From Bacteroidota bacterium (lineage in GTDB: Bacteria; Bacteroidota; Bacteroidia; Bacteroidales; CAIWKO01), in NCBI GenBank assembly GCA_037128515.1, contig JBAXWF010000002.1, positions 49,586 to 113,585 on the forward strand: DNA of 64,000 bases, in the 5' to 3' direction. The notes below the pieces were generated by a model, which was given only the letters and a program-made list of their open reading frames with translations, ran no database searches and was not told the origin of the DNA. Positions 16,859 through 26,789 of the stretch are shown here, in pieces (within the stretch, counting starts at the first letter, position 1; every line of letters begins with the position of its first letter). The position numbers were made by a program, and so were the translations under genes.

Positions 16859-17941
16859 ATGAAGACAAACAGTTTGTGGTTACTGCCTCTAATATTGATT
16901 CCTTTCAGTGCTTTTTCACAAAACCTTGTAAAAAACCCTGGTTTTGAGATTATTACAGACACAAACTTTAGTTTAGGATGGTATGACCAGAAATTAGATG
17001 GTAAAGTAAAATATTGGTCATCTCCTACCAGGTCCTCATCGGGTATTATAAAAAAAACAGGTCGAAAACCTTTATTTTATAATGATTTAGTATCCTACGA
17101 TAATACACCCAATGCACATTCCGGAAAGTTCATGTGTAAAATTACAATGTTCGGAACCATAGTAGATTTTGAGGACAGATCCTATCTTCAGGGAGAACTT
17201 TATAAACCCCTGATAAAAGGAAAAACATACCATATTGAATTCTGGATTGCTACAGGATTTATTAATACAGAACTGTTTACAAATAATATAGGGGTTGCAT
17301 TTCTGAAAAACGAATTTCACAGCACGGCTAATTCGGTTTTAAACCTGGCACCACTTCTTAATTATAGCGAAATACCTGACGCAAAACCAAAGGAATGGTA
17401 TAAAATCTCGTGGGATTTTGTAGCTCAGGATGCTTACGGGTATTTTATAATAGGGAATTTTTTTACTGACAAAAGAACAAAATCAAAGTTTGCCGGTCAT
17501 ACAGCTTTGCAACATGCTGTTTATTTAATTGACGATATTTCTCTAATTGAAGCTGATAGTTCCGGCCTATCATTGTTATTACAATCAGTTGAACTTAATA
17601 AACCAATACCTTTAAATAATGTTAATTTTGAAACTAACAAATCAGAGTTATTGGGAAGTTCTTTTGCTGAACTAAAGATTGTAATTGATTTCCTTCAAAA
17701 AAAACCGCAAACAAAAATTGAGATATCAGGGCATACGGATATTACGGGCAATGAAGAAGCTAATATTAAGCTATCCACAAACAGAGCCAAGGCAGTTTAT
17801 GATTATCTGATTACTCATGGTATTAGTTCAGGTAGATTAATTTACAAAGGTTATGGAAGCAGTATTCCAAAAGTAAGTAATGACACACCCGAAAACAGAG
17901 CAATAAATCGACGGGTTGAATTTAAAATTGTTAAACTGTAA
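16859..17941 (+). CDS. OmpA-family protein (N-terminal beta-sandwich-like domain plus C-terminal OmpA peptidoglycan-binding domain)
   Basis: Signal peptide. C-terminal motifs FETNKSEL...ISGHTDITGNEEANIKLSTNRAKAV...NRRVEF. Confidence 0.85.
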   Translation: MKTNSLWLLPLILIPFSAFSQNLVKNPGFEIITDTNFSLGWYDQKLDGKVKYWSSPTRSSSGIIKKTGRKPLFYNDLVSYDNTPNAHSGKFMCKITMFGTIVDFEDRSYLQGELYKPLIKGKTYHIEFWIATGFINTELFTNNIGVAFLKNEFHSTANSVLNLAPLLNYSEIPDAKPKEWYKISWDFVAQDAYGYFIIGNFFTDKRTKSKFAGHTALQHAVYLIDDISLIEADSSGLSLLLQSVELNKPIPLNNVNFETNKSELLGSSFAELKIVIDFLQKKPQTKIEISGHTDITGNEEANIKLSTNRAKAVYDYLITHGISSGRLIYKGYGSSIPKVSNDTPENRAINRRVEFKIVKL

Positions 17942-18009
17942 CTCAACTCGCTCAGATTTACAGATAAGAGTAACTAAACCCCAAATAGTAAAAGAATAAA
18001 ACCAAAAAT

Positions 18010-19251
18010 ATGGAAAACAATATTAAATGCCCTGCATGCGGTCATGAATTTCAGGTAGAAGATGCCTTTTTCAACCAAGCTGAAGAAAAGATTAAAAAAG
18101 ATTATGAAAAGAAGTTTTCTCAGCAAGCTGCCATATTTTATAAAAAGACTGAGGCTTTAGAGAAAGAAAAAGAAGAGTTTGAAAAGAAAAAAGAAAAGGA
18201 AAATGAGCTTTTTAAGGAAAGACTGGATAAGAAAATAGAAGAGGAAAAGGTTAAACTTCAAAAGTCAACTGCAGAAGAATTTGAACTCAAGATAAAAGAA
18301 CTGCAAAGTGAGAACGAAAAAAGAAAGGCTGAGAATAAGGAATTAAAAGAAAAAGAATTAAGCATTCTCAAAAGAGAAGCACAACTGAAAGAAAAGCAGG
18401 AAGAAATGGAATTGGAATTCCAGAAAAAAATGCTTGAAAAGAGAGATGAAATAGCTGCAGAAGTTAGAAAAACTGAGCATGAAAAGAATGAATTAAAATT
18501 TAAGGACTTCGAAAAGAAATTTGAGGATCAAAAAAAACTGATAGAAGAAATGCAGCGCAAGGCCGAACAAGGTTCCATGCAATTGCAGGGAGAAGTTCTG
18601 GAACTTGCTATTGAAGAATGGCTGGCAGCTCAATTTCCATTAGATACCATTGAAGAAATTAAAAAAGGCGCCAGGGGTGGCGATTGTATTCAGATTGTAA
18701 ATACACGCACGCATCAAAACTGCGGTACCATTTATTATGAAAGCAAAAGAACCAAAGATTTTCAGGCGGGTTGGATAGACAAATTTAAGAATGATATTCG
18801 GGAGAAAAGTGCCAATGTGGGCGTCATTGTTACAGAGGCAATGCCCAATGATATGGAAAGAATGGGGTTAAAAGACGGCATTTGGATCTGCTCTTATGAA
18901 GAGTTTAAAGGGTTATGCACTGTTCTAAGAGAATCCATCATACAAATAAGCAATGCAGTTTCTTCCCAGGAAAACCGTGGAGACAAGATGCACATGCTGT
19001 ATGATTACCTAACAAGTAATACATTTCGTTTGCAGGTAGAAGCCATTGTAGATGGGTTTACTCAAATGCGCATCGATCTGGACAGTGAGAAACGAGCCAT
19101 GCAAAGCATTTGGAAAAAACGTGAAAAACAAATTGAAAAGGTTACTATTAACACCATTGATATGCATAGTTCTATAAAGGGGATCGCAGGGAATGCGATA
19201 CAAGCGGTTAAATTGATGGAGTTGCCGGAAATAAATCAAGAAGAAGAATAA
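18010..19251 (+). CDS. DUF2130-like protein (Zn-ribbon, long Lys/Glu coiled coil, C-terminal PD-(D/E)XK-like module)
   Basis: N-terminal KCPACGHEFQVEDAF and about 190 aa of E/K-rich coil. C-terminal GEVLELAIEEWL...GGDCIQIV...YESKRTKDF. Family assignment is from memory. Confidence 0.65.
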   Translation: MENNIKCPACGHEFQVEDAFFNQAEEKIKKDYEKKFSQQAAIFYKKTEALEKEKEEFEKKKEKENELFKERLDKKIEEEKVKLQKSTAEEFELKIKELQSENEKRKAENKELKEKELSILKREAQLKEKQEEMELEFQKKMLEKRDEIAAEVRKTEHEKNELKFKDFEKKFEDQKKLIEEMQRKAEQGSMQLQGEVLELAIEEWLAAQFPLDTIEEIKKGARGGDCIQIVNTRTHQNCGTIYYESKRTKDFQAGWIDKFKNDIREKSANVGVIVTEAMPNDMERMGLKDGIWICSYEEFKGLCTVLRESIIQISNAVSSQENRGDKMHMLYDYLTSNTFRLQVEAIVDGFTQMRIDLDSEKRAMQSIWKKREKQIEKVTINTIDMHSSIKGIAGNAIQAVKLMELPEINQEEE

Positions 19252-19277
19252 ATAGTTATTATACTAAGAAAGTAGTC

Positions 19278-19760
19278 ATGGATATCCCCAAGTTCATAGC
19301 AACACTCAGCAAAGAGGAACTGAAAGAACTGGAAGATTTTTTGCACCAGAAAAAAGTTGCCGATAATATTGATGAGCAGGAGTGGTATCACATTCAATTT
19401 CTGGCACTAAAAGAAAAACAAAAACAGCAGGCATGGGATGCTCTGAAAAATAGAGAAACAGGTGCGGTACCCATTATTGATTTTATTGATATTGTTGAAC
19501 TACCCTGCAAACTGAAGTGGGTGCTGAAAAAGTTGTGGGACGATCGTATAGCGTATTATCTGGATGATATAAGCCGGAAGAAGTTTCTAAAGATACGACA
19601 TGCAGGGGTTGGCACCTGGAATATATTAATGGATATCATAAAAACCTTGCTACAGGGAACCCGCTTTCAAGCACAGCAACCCCGTTCGGCGGCAGGCTAT
19701 GCCTCCGTCGTATTATTAATCGAAACTCCGCCTCAATCCCCATTTGAAAATTCCTGCTAA
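19278..19760 (+). CDS. small MDIPKF-family paralog A (alpha-CTD-like helix-hairpin-helix inferred; divergent C-terminus)
   Basis: The first 402 nt are collinear with paralog C at about 92-93% identity. The tail from 19680 is unrelated. Confidence 0.7.
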   Translation: MDIPKFIATLSKEELKELEDFLHQKKVADNIDEQEWYHIQFLALKEKQKQQAWDALKNRETGAVPIIDFIDIVELPCKLKWVLKKLWDDRIAYYLDDISRKKFLKIRHAGVGTWNILMDIIKTLLQGTRFQAQQPRSAAGYASVVLLIETPPQSPFENSC

Positions 19761-19864
19761 TTGTGCTAAGTTTACAACTTAATTTTTAAATTTGCTCTTT
19801 GCCCCAACAATCACTAACTTTGTCTTTCCGTTTATTTGAATTTATTATTAAAAAATAAAGTCTT

Positions 19865-20299
19865 ATGGATATCCCAAAATTTGTATCATCGCTCACCGAA
19901 AATGAGTTAAAACAATTGAGAAAATATTTAAAAAATGAAAACATAGTAAGTCATATTGATGAACATGAACAATATCGATTAGATTGTGAGGCGAAAAAGG
20001 AAAAAGAAACACAGGAGGCGTGGGAAGCCATGAAAAGCAGAACTACGGGAGTGATACCCGTTATCGATTTTTTTGATAATTTGGAATTGCCGTCAAGAAT
20101 AAGATACATAGTTAAAGGTTTATGGGACGATCGTGTTGCTTATTATATGGATGATATTACGAAAAAGAAATTCTTTACCAGAAGAAATGCAGGCAAATTG
20201 AGTTGGGTTAAAATGATAGATTTTATAAAGTCCTCGCTGAAAGGAACCATTTATGAAGCTCATCAAGAAGCATTGTTAAAGCATTTTGAAGATCAGTAA
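19865..20299 (+). CDS. small MDIPKF-family paralog B (divergent copy)
   Basis: Same architecture: MDIPKF..., ...LPSRIRYIVKGLWDDRVAYYMDDITKKKFFTRRNAGKLSW... About half of residues match A and C. Confidence 0.7.
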   Translation: MDIPKFVSSLTENELKQLRKYLKNENIVSHIDEHEQYRLDCEAKKEKETQEAWEAMKSRTTGVIPVIDFFDNLELPSRIRYIVKGLWDDRVAYYMDDITKKKFFTRRNAGKLSWVKMIDFIKSSLKGTIYEAHQEALLKHFEDQ

Positions 20300-20317
20300 C
20301 CAAAACCCAATCCCAAA

Positions 20318-20782
20318 ATGGATATCCCCAAGTTCATAGCAACACTCACCAAGGTGGAACTGAAAGAACTGGAAGATTTTTTACATGTGAAAAAAGTTGC
20401 CGATAATATAGATGAGCAGGAGTGGTACCACATTCAATTTCTGGCACTAAAAGAAAAACAAAAACAGCAGGCATGGGATGCTCTGAAAAACAGGGAAACA
20501 GGGGCAATACCCATCATTGATTTTATTGATACTGTTGAACTGCCCTGCAAACTGAAGTGGGTGCTGAAAAAGTTGTGGGACGATTGTATAGCGTATTATC
20601 TGGATGATATAAGCCGGAAGAAGTTTCTAAAGATACGTCATGCAGGGGTTGCCACCTGGAATATATTAATGGATAGTATAAAAACCTCGCTGAAAGGAAC
20701 CCGATTTGAAGTTCAGCAAGCAAAGCTGACGAAGCATTTCGAGTGGCAGGAATCGTTGAAAGGTATTAAAGGCGTCAATTAA
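20318..20782 (+). CDS. small MDIPKF-family paralog C
   Basis: Near-duplicate of paralog A, offset by exactly 1040 nt. Confidence 0.7.
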   Translation: MDIPKFIATLTKVELKELEDFLHVKKVADNIDEQEWYHIQFLALKEKQKQQAWDALKNRETGAIPIIDFIDTVELPCKLKWVLKKLWDDCIAYYLDDISRKKFLKIRHAGVATWNILMDSIKTSLKGTRFEVQQAKLTKHFEWQESLKGIKGVN

Positions 20783-20811
20783 TTACTTCGGACTCCGGTC
20801 TTCTCCCCGGA

Positions 20812-23103
20812 TCAATTCACAATCTTCAACTTGGCATATTGCAACAACAATTGTTTTGAACCTACACCATCGAACAACACGGTAGTTTTTTTGTTGGGTC
20901 CGTTGCCTTCAACGGTCATCACTTTTCCGCGGCCAAAGCGCTGATGTTCTACGGTCATGCCTATGCGTATGTCGTCGATGTCGGATGGAGAGAAGGGTTC
21001 CGAAAGGGTGTTGTTGGTTTCGCTTAGCTTTTTCAGGTTCAGCGGTTTTTTCTGCAGAGGTTGAACCATGGGTTTCTGCAGCCAGGGATTGTCGAGTTTT
21101 TGTTGCGGTGTTTTGCGCGGCACATCGATAAATTTCGGGTCGATCTCGTCGATGAAGCGGCTCACCTCGCTGAATATCATCTCGCCGTATTTGTAACGGT
21201 TTTCGGCATAGGACAAGGTCAGGCGTTTCATGGCCCGTGTGATGGCCACATAGAACAGGCGGCGTTCTTCTTCCAGGTCGTCGCGGCTGTGGAGCGACTG
21301 CATGGAAGGAAAGAGATTTTCTTCCAACCCGCTTACGAAGACATAAGGAAACTCAAGGCCTTTGGCCTGATGTATGGTCATTAAAGATACACGGTCGGTA
21401 TTATTCTTATCTTCGGTGTCGGCATCGGTGAGCAGGGCAATGTCCTGCATAAAGATGTCGAGCGACTTGATGGAGTTTTCTATCAGGGTGCCGTCGGGGG
21501 CAAAAATATGTTCTTTTTCGGTAAACTCTTTGATGGCGTTGAGCAGTTCGTCTATATTTTCCAACCGAGCCACACCTTCGGGCGACTCGTCTTGTTTCAG
21601 TTCCTTGAAAATACCGCAAGCCAGAGCAATTTTTTTTGCCAGTTCGTAAGCATCTTTTATAGGCACTTGCACTGTAAAACTACGTATCATGGTAGTAAAA
21701 TCCTGTAGCCGCTGCATAATGCCTGAGTTTAACTGCAAATTAAACATTGCAGCCTGACTAATGATTTCCCACGAACTTTTTTTCAAAGCATTTGAAGCCA
21801 GCACCACCTTTTGTAGAGTGGTATCGCCAATGCCGCGCGCCGGGTAGTTGATACAGCGAAACAAGGCTTCTTCATCGTTGTTATTAATCACCAAACGGAA
21901 ATAGGCAAGCAAGTCTTTTATTTCTTTGCGTTTATAAAACGAAAGTCCTCCATAAATTTTATAGGGGATGTTTAACCGCCGCATGGCTTCTTCAATAGAG
22001 CGCGATTGTGCATTGGTGCGATACAACACTGCGAAATCGGAATTCGGCAATTGGTTATTCATTTTAATTTCGAACACCGAATTGGCAATCATGGAACCTT
22101 CTTCGTTATCAGAAGATGCTTTGAGCAACACAATTTTGTTGCCTTCTTCGTTTTCGGTCCAAATTTCTTTGAAATATTGTTTTTTATTTTTTTGTATTAC
22201 GCTGTTGGCAGCATTCACAATATTTTGTGTTGAACGATAGTTTTGTTCCAGTTTCACAGTTCTAGCATCAGGATAATCGCTTTTAAAGTTTAAAATATTC
22301 TGAATATTGGCTCCGCGAAAACCGTAAATACTTTGAGCATCGTCGCCCACAACACACAAATTTTCGTTATCGGCAGCCAGTTTTTTTATAATCATGTATT
22401 GGGCATAATTGGTATCCTGATACTCGTCAACCAATATATATTTAAACTTTCGCTGGTACTTATATAATATTTCGGGAAAATCGCGCAGAACCAAATTCAT
22501 ATTGTAGAGCAAATCGTCAAAATCCATAGCAAAAGCCCTTTTGAGTTTGTTCTGATAAATAGTAAAAAGTTGTCCGATTTGTGGTTTGCCCGAGGCTTTG
22601 TCATAATCCACCAACTCCACATTCCGATTGTAATCTTCCTGCGACATCAGATTGTTTTTTGCAGTCGATATCCGATGCAATACATAGGCAGGTGGATATT
22701 GTTTCACTTCCAAATTTTGTTCTTTCAATATGGCTTTCATGATACTTTTGGTGTCGTCGGTATCATAAATAGTGAAATTTTGCGGGTAGCCCAACACATG
22801 GCCATCAACACGAAGCACACGGGCAAAAACAGAGTGAAAGGTACCCATCCAAACATTCATTGCATCGGAAGAACCTACCAAACGTGTGATGCGGTCTTTC
22901 ATTTCGCGGGCTGCCTTGTTGGTGAATGTGAGCGAAAGTATATTAAAAGGGTCAACACCTTGATTTAACAAATGAGCAACTCTGTATGTCAGAACTCGGG
23001 TTTTACCCGAACCAGCCCCTGCCAATACCATAATTGGGCCGTTGATACATTCAACAGCATGTCGTTGGGTTTCGTTAAGATCAGCGAGAATATCTTTTTT
23101 CAT
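20812..23103 (-). CDS. ATP-dependent DNA helicase, UvrD/PcrA/Rep (SF1) family
   Basis: Start at MKKDILADLNETQ. Walker A AGAGSGKT, DEYQDTN, and QNYRS plus later SF1 motifs. Confidence 0.9.
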   Translation of the reverse strand: MKKDILADLNETQRHAVECINGPIMVLAGAGSGKTRVLTYRVAHLLNQGVDPFNILSLTFTNKAAREMKDRITRLVGSSDAMNVWMGTFHSVFARVLRVDGHVLGYPQNFTIYDTDDTKSIMKAILKEQNLEVKQYPPAYVLHRISTAKNNLMSQEDYNRNVELVDYDKASGKPQIGQLFTIYQNKLKRAFAMDFDDLLYNMNLVLRDFPEILYKYQRKFKYILVDEYQDTNYAQYMIIKKLAADNENLCVVGDDAQSIYGFRGANIQNILNFKSDYPDARTVKLEQNYRSTQNIVNAANSVIQKNKKQYFKEIWTENEEGNKIVLLKASSDNEEGSMIANSVFEIKMNNQLPNSDFAVLYRTNAQSRSIEEAMRRLNIPYKIYGGLSFYKRKEIKDLLAYFRLVINNNDEEALFRCINYPARGIGDTTLQKVVLASNALKKSSWEIISQAAMFNLQLNSGIMQRLQDFTTMIRSFTVQVPIKDAYELAKKIALACGIFKELKQDESPEGVARLENIDELLNAIKEFTEKEHIFAPDGTLIENSIKSLDIFMQDIALLTDADTEDKNNTDRVSLMTIHQAKGLEFPYVFVSGLEENLFPSMQSLHSRDDLEEERRLFYVAITRAMKRLTLSYAENRYKYGEMIFSEVSRFIDEIDPKFIDVPRKTPQQKLDNPWLQKPMVQPLQKKPLNLKKLSETNNTLSEPFSPSDIDDIRIGMTVEHQRFGRGKVMTVEGNGPNKKTTVLFDGVGSKQLLLQYAKLKIVN

Positions 23104-23348
23104 AATCGGGACTGCAAAGTTACAACTAAAAAAAAACAAAACAGAAATTGTGGAAAATAATGTAATAATATAATAAGGTATAAAATGAAGGTTAAAGTAA
23201 ACTTTGGTATGTTTTTTATTGCAAAAATTAAAAGGAGCATTTTCAAATATTTAAGTTTTTAATAAGGGTACTTACGAACTTAAAAATTGAAGAGATTAAA
23301 TTAAATTAATTTTTTTTTAAAAACTCTTGCTAATATCAAATTAAGTTT

Positions 23349-23356
23349 TACCTTTG
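23349..23356 (+). promoter_or_regulatory. candidate -7 box TACCTTTG for the ribosomal str/S10 cluster
   Basis: TAnnTTTG match, 47 nt upstream of the rpsL ATG. Confidence 0.45.
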
Positions 23357-23402
23357 CAGTCCGAAAAAAAATGACTTGAATTAATGATAAAAAACGGTTG
23401 AT

Positions 23403-23783
23403 ATGCCTACAATACAGCAATTGGTTCGTAAAGGACGCACGAAATTAACGGAGAAAAGCAAATCACGTGCTCTTGATTCATGCCCACAAAGACGTGGCGT
23501 GTGCACCAGAGTATACACAACAACTCCCAAGAAACCTAATTCTGCCATGCGTAAAGTTGCCAGAGTAAGACTTACAAACGGAAAAGAAGTGAATGCTTAT
23601 ATCCCGGGCGAAGGACATAATTTGCAGGAACACTCTATTGTATTAATAAGAGGTGGCAGGGTAAAAGATTTGCCGGGCGTTCGTTATCATATCATTCGCG
23701 GAGCTTTAGATACATCTGGTGTTGATGGAAGAAACCAACGACGCTCAAAATACGGAACGAAACGTCCGAAAGTAAAAAAATAG
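23403..23783 (+). CDS. rpsL: 30S ribosomal protein S12
   Basis: Conserved S12 sequence ([18 protein letters not shown]). Confidence 0.97.
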   Translation: MPTIQQLVRKGRTKLTEKSKSRALDSCPQRRGVCTRVYTTTPKKPNSAMRKVARVRLTNGKEVNAYIPGEGHNLQEHSIVLIRGGRVKDLPGVRYHIIRGALDTSGVDGRNQRRSKYGTKRPKVKK

Positions 23784-23818
23784 AATTTAATACAGACAAA
23801 GAAATTTTTTAGTATAAA

Positions 23819-24286
23819 ATGAGAAAGTCGACCCCAAAGAAGAGAATTATTCTTCCCGACCCAAAGTATAACGATCAGTTGGTGACAAAGTTTGTCAACA
23901 ATCTTATGCTTACAGGTAAGAAGAATATTGCATTTAATGTTTTTTACGATGCTATGGATATAGTATCTGAAAAAACAGGCGAAAACGGCCTTGAAGTATT
24001 CAAAAAAGCACTGGCAAATGTAACTCCAGCAGTGGAAGTTCGCAGTCGTCGTATTGGTGGTGCTACCTTCCAGATTCCTTCGGAGATCAGAGCTGGAAGA
24101 AAAATGTCTATAGGTATGAAAAACCTGATAAAATACGCCCGTTCACGCCACGAAAAGTCGATGTGCCAAAAATTAGCTTCAGAAATTATGGCCGGTTACA
24201 AAGAAGAAGGTGCTGCTTTTAAGAAAAAAGAAGATACCCACCGTATGGCCGAAGCTAATAAAGCATTTTCACATTTTAAGTTTTAA
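23819..24286 (+). CDS. rpsG: 30S ribosomal protein S7
   Basis: Conserved S7 sequence and str-operon position. Confidence 0.97.
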   Translation: MRKSTPKKRIILPDPKYNDQLVTKFVNNLMLTGKKNIAFNVFYDAMDIVSEKTGENGLEVFKKALANVTPAVEVRSRRIGGATFQIPSEIRAGRKMSIGMKNLIKYARSRHEKSMCQKLASEIMAGYKEEGAAFKKKEDTHRMAEANKAFSHFKF

Positions 24287-24323
24287 TAACTTAATGCGGA
24301 ACGGGATATAATATAATTAATTA

Positions 24324-26432
24324 ATGTCAGAGAAGTTAGAAAATATTAGAAATATTGGCATTATGGCGCACATAGACGCGGGCAAAACCACGACTACGGA
24401 GCGTATACTATATTATACCGGTATCAATCACCGCATGGGCGAAGTGCACGAAGGCAACGCCACTATGGATTGGATGCAGCAAGAACAAGAAAGAGGAATT
24501 ACAATCACCTCAGCTGCTACCACCGTTTATTGGAAAACAAATAATACACCTTTTAAAATTAACATCATCGACACACCCGGTCATGTTGATTTTACTGTTG
24601 AAGTGGAACGCAGCTTGCGAGTTCTTGATGGCGCAGTGGCTTTATTTTGTGCTGTGGGCGGTGTAGAACCTCAATCTGAAACTGTTTGGCATCAGGCCGA
24701 CAAATATCACGTGCCCCGTATTAGTTTTGTAAATAAAATGGATAGGGCAGGTGCCGATTTCTACGAAGTAATTAATCAGATTAAAAATAAACTTCATGCC
24801 AATCCGGTTGTAATACAAATACCGATAGGTGAAGAAGACGGATTTAGAGGAATAGTTGATTTGGTTAAAAACAAGGCGTATGAATGGGACGAAGAATCAT
24901 TAGGATTAACATTTACTGAGATTCCCATTCCTGAAGAAATAAAAGATATTGTACACGAATACCGCACCAAAATTATTGAAGGTGTTGCTGAAGAAAATGA
25001 TGCGTTGCTTGAAAAGTTTCTGCACGATGCCGATTCAATTTCAAGCGAAGATATAATTGGAGCATTGCGTAAAGCAACAATCGAATTGCGTATCACGCCT
25101 GTTTTATGTGGTTCATCATTTAGAAATAAAGGTGTTCAAACATTATTAGACGCTATTGTTTTATATCTGCCAAGTCCGCTTGATATTCCATCCATAGAAG
25201 GTATTAATCCGTTTACTGAAAAAGCAGAACTACGTCATTCAGATGTTACAGAGCCGTTTAGCGGATTGGCATTTAAAATTGCCACCGATACCTATGTCGG
25301 CAAATTGGCATTCTTTAGAGTATATTCAGGTACATTGACTACGGGCTCTTTTATTTATAATTCGAATACAGGTAAAAAAGAGCGTATTTCGAAAATATTA
25401 CGCATGCATGCCAACAAGCAGATTCAGATCAACGAAATTGAAGCAGGAGATATTGGCGCATTGGTTGGTTTTAAAGAAATCAGAACCGGCGATACCTTGT
25501 GCGATGAAAAACATCCTATAGTATTAGAAACTATAACATTTCCAGAGCCGGTTATCAATATTGCTGTTGAACCAAAAACAACTGCGGATATTGAAAAACT
25601 TATCACCTGTTTGAATAAAATTGCAGAAGAAGACCCCACATTCAGAATTAGAATAAATGAAGAAACCGGTCAAACCATCATAAGTGGTATGGGCGAACTT
25701 CATCTCGAAATTATACTCGACCGTCTTAGAAGAGAACATAAAGTTGAATGCAATCACGGTGCACCGCAGGTTGCATACAAAGAAGCTATCAAAGGCAGGT
25801 TTCGTCACAGAGAAATCTATAAAAAGCAAACAGGCGGAAAAGGTCGTTTTGCTGATTTGGATTTTGAAATTTCGCCAGCAGATGCAGGATGTAAAGGATT
25901 ACAATTTGTGGATGAAATTAAAGGCGGCACCTTGCCAAAAGAATTTGTAAAAGCGGCAGAAAAAGGGTTTAAAGCAGCATTGCAAAATGGTGTTATTGCT
26001 GGATTTCCTTTCGAATCGGCAAAAGTTCGTTTAATTGATGGTTCTTTTCACACTGTGGATTCAGATGCTATGGCATTTGAAATAGCAGCGCGTTTTGCAT
26101 TTAAGGAAGCTTGCAAAAAAGCCAATTGTGTATTAATGGAACCGGTTATGAAACTCGAAGTGGTTACACCAGAAGAGTATGTCGGAGATGTTACTGGAGA
26201 TTTGAATAAAAGAAGAGCACATTTAGAAAATATTGCAGCAAAGATTGGGTTCCAAATTGTAAGAGCAACTGTCCCTTTGTCTGAAATGTTTGGATACATT
26301 ACTGCATTACGAACTATTACGTCAGGTCGTTCCACTTCATCAATGGAATTTTCGCATTATGAAGAAGTACCAAAGGAAATAGCTGATAATGTAATTTTTA
26401 AAATTAAAGGATATTTACCTATTTTATCATAA
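24324..26432 (+). CDS. fusA: elongation factor G
   Basis: GTPase motifs AHIDAGKTT and DTPGHVDF. 702 aa. Confidence 0.97.
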   Translation: MSEKLENIRNIGIMAHIDAGKTTTTERILYYTGINHRMGEVHEGNATMDWMQQEQERGITITSAATTVYWKTNNTPFKINIIDTPGHVDFTVEVERSLRVLDGAVALFCAVGGVEPQSETVWHQADKYHVPRISFVNKMDRAGADFYEVINQIKNKLHANPVVIQIPIGEEDGFRGIVDLVKNKAYEWDEESLGLTFTEIPIPEEIKDIVHEYRTKIIEGVAEENDALLEKFLHDADSISSEDIIGALRKATIELRITPVLCGSSFRNKGVQTLLDAIVLYLPSPLDIPSIEGINPFTEKAELRHSDVTEPFSGLAFKIATDTYVGKLAFFRVYSGTLTTGSFIYNSNTGKKERISKILRMHANKQIQINEIEAGDIGALVGFKEIRTGDTLCDEKHPIVLETITFPEPVINIAVEPKTTADIEKLITCLNKIAEEDPTFRIRINEETGQTIISGMGELHLEIILDRLRREHKVECNHGAPQVAYKEAIKGRFRHREIYKKQTGGKGRFADLDFEISPADAGCKGLQFVDEIKGGTLPKEFVKAAEKGFKAALQNGVIAGFPFESAKVRLIDGSFHTVDSDAMAFEIAARFAFKEACKKANCVLMEPVMKLEVVTPEEYVGDVTGDLNKRRAHLENIAAKIGFQIVRATVPLSEMFGYITALRTITSGRSTSSMEFSHYEEVPKEIADNVIFKIKGYLPILS

Positions 26433-26451
26433 CAAATAAAACTATAAAAAA

Positions 26452-26757
26452 GTGAGTCAAAGGATTAGAATAAAGTTGAAATCATACGATCACAATTTGG
26501 TTGATAAATCGGCAGAAAAAATTGTTAAAACTGTCAAATCAACTGGTGCAGTGGTATGCGGACCAATTCCCTTGCCATCAAACAAAAAGATCTATACTGT
26601 ATTAAAATCACCTTTTGTAAACAAAAAATCGCGCGAACAATTTGAATTGTCGACATACAAGAGATTATTGGATATTTACAGTACTACTTCAAAAACCATA
26701 GATGCTTTAATGAAATTAGAGCTGCCAAATGGGGTTGAAGTAGAAATAAAAGTGTAG
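26452..26757 (+). CDS. rpsJ: 30S ribosomal protein S10 (GTG start)
   Basis: Conserved S10 sequence ([14 protein letters not shown]). Confidence 0.95.
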   Translation: MSQRIRIKLKSYDHNLVDKSAEKIVKTVKSTGAVVCGPIPLPSNKKIYTVLKSPFVNKKSREQFELSTYKRLLDIYSTTSKTIDALMKLELPNGVEVEIKV

Positions 26758-26789
26758 TCAGTTTTTACAATAGTTAAAAAAAAGTAACG

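Noticed and set aside
21061-21708. Cluster of antisense ORFs (107, 91, 70 and 66 aa) opposite the helicase gene.
   Set aside because: They lie exactly in the GC-rich 3' part of the helicase gene, where stop codons are depleted on all frames. The helicase frame carries the conserved SF1 motifs.
26433-26451. Absence of tuf between fusA and rpsJ, and of adk between secY and map.
   Set aside because: This is the normal arrangement in Bacteroidota, where tuf sits elsewhere near the secE-nusG region, and is not a deletion.
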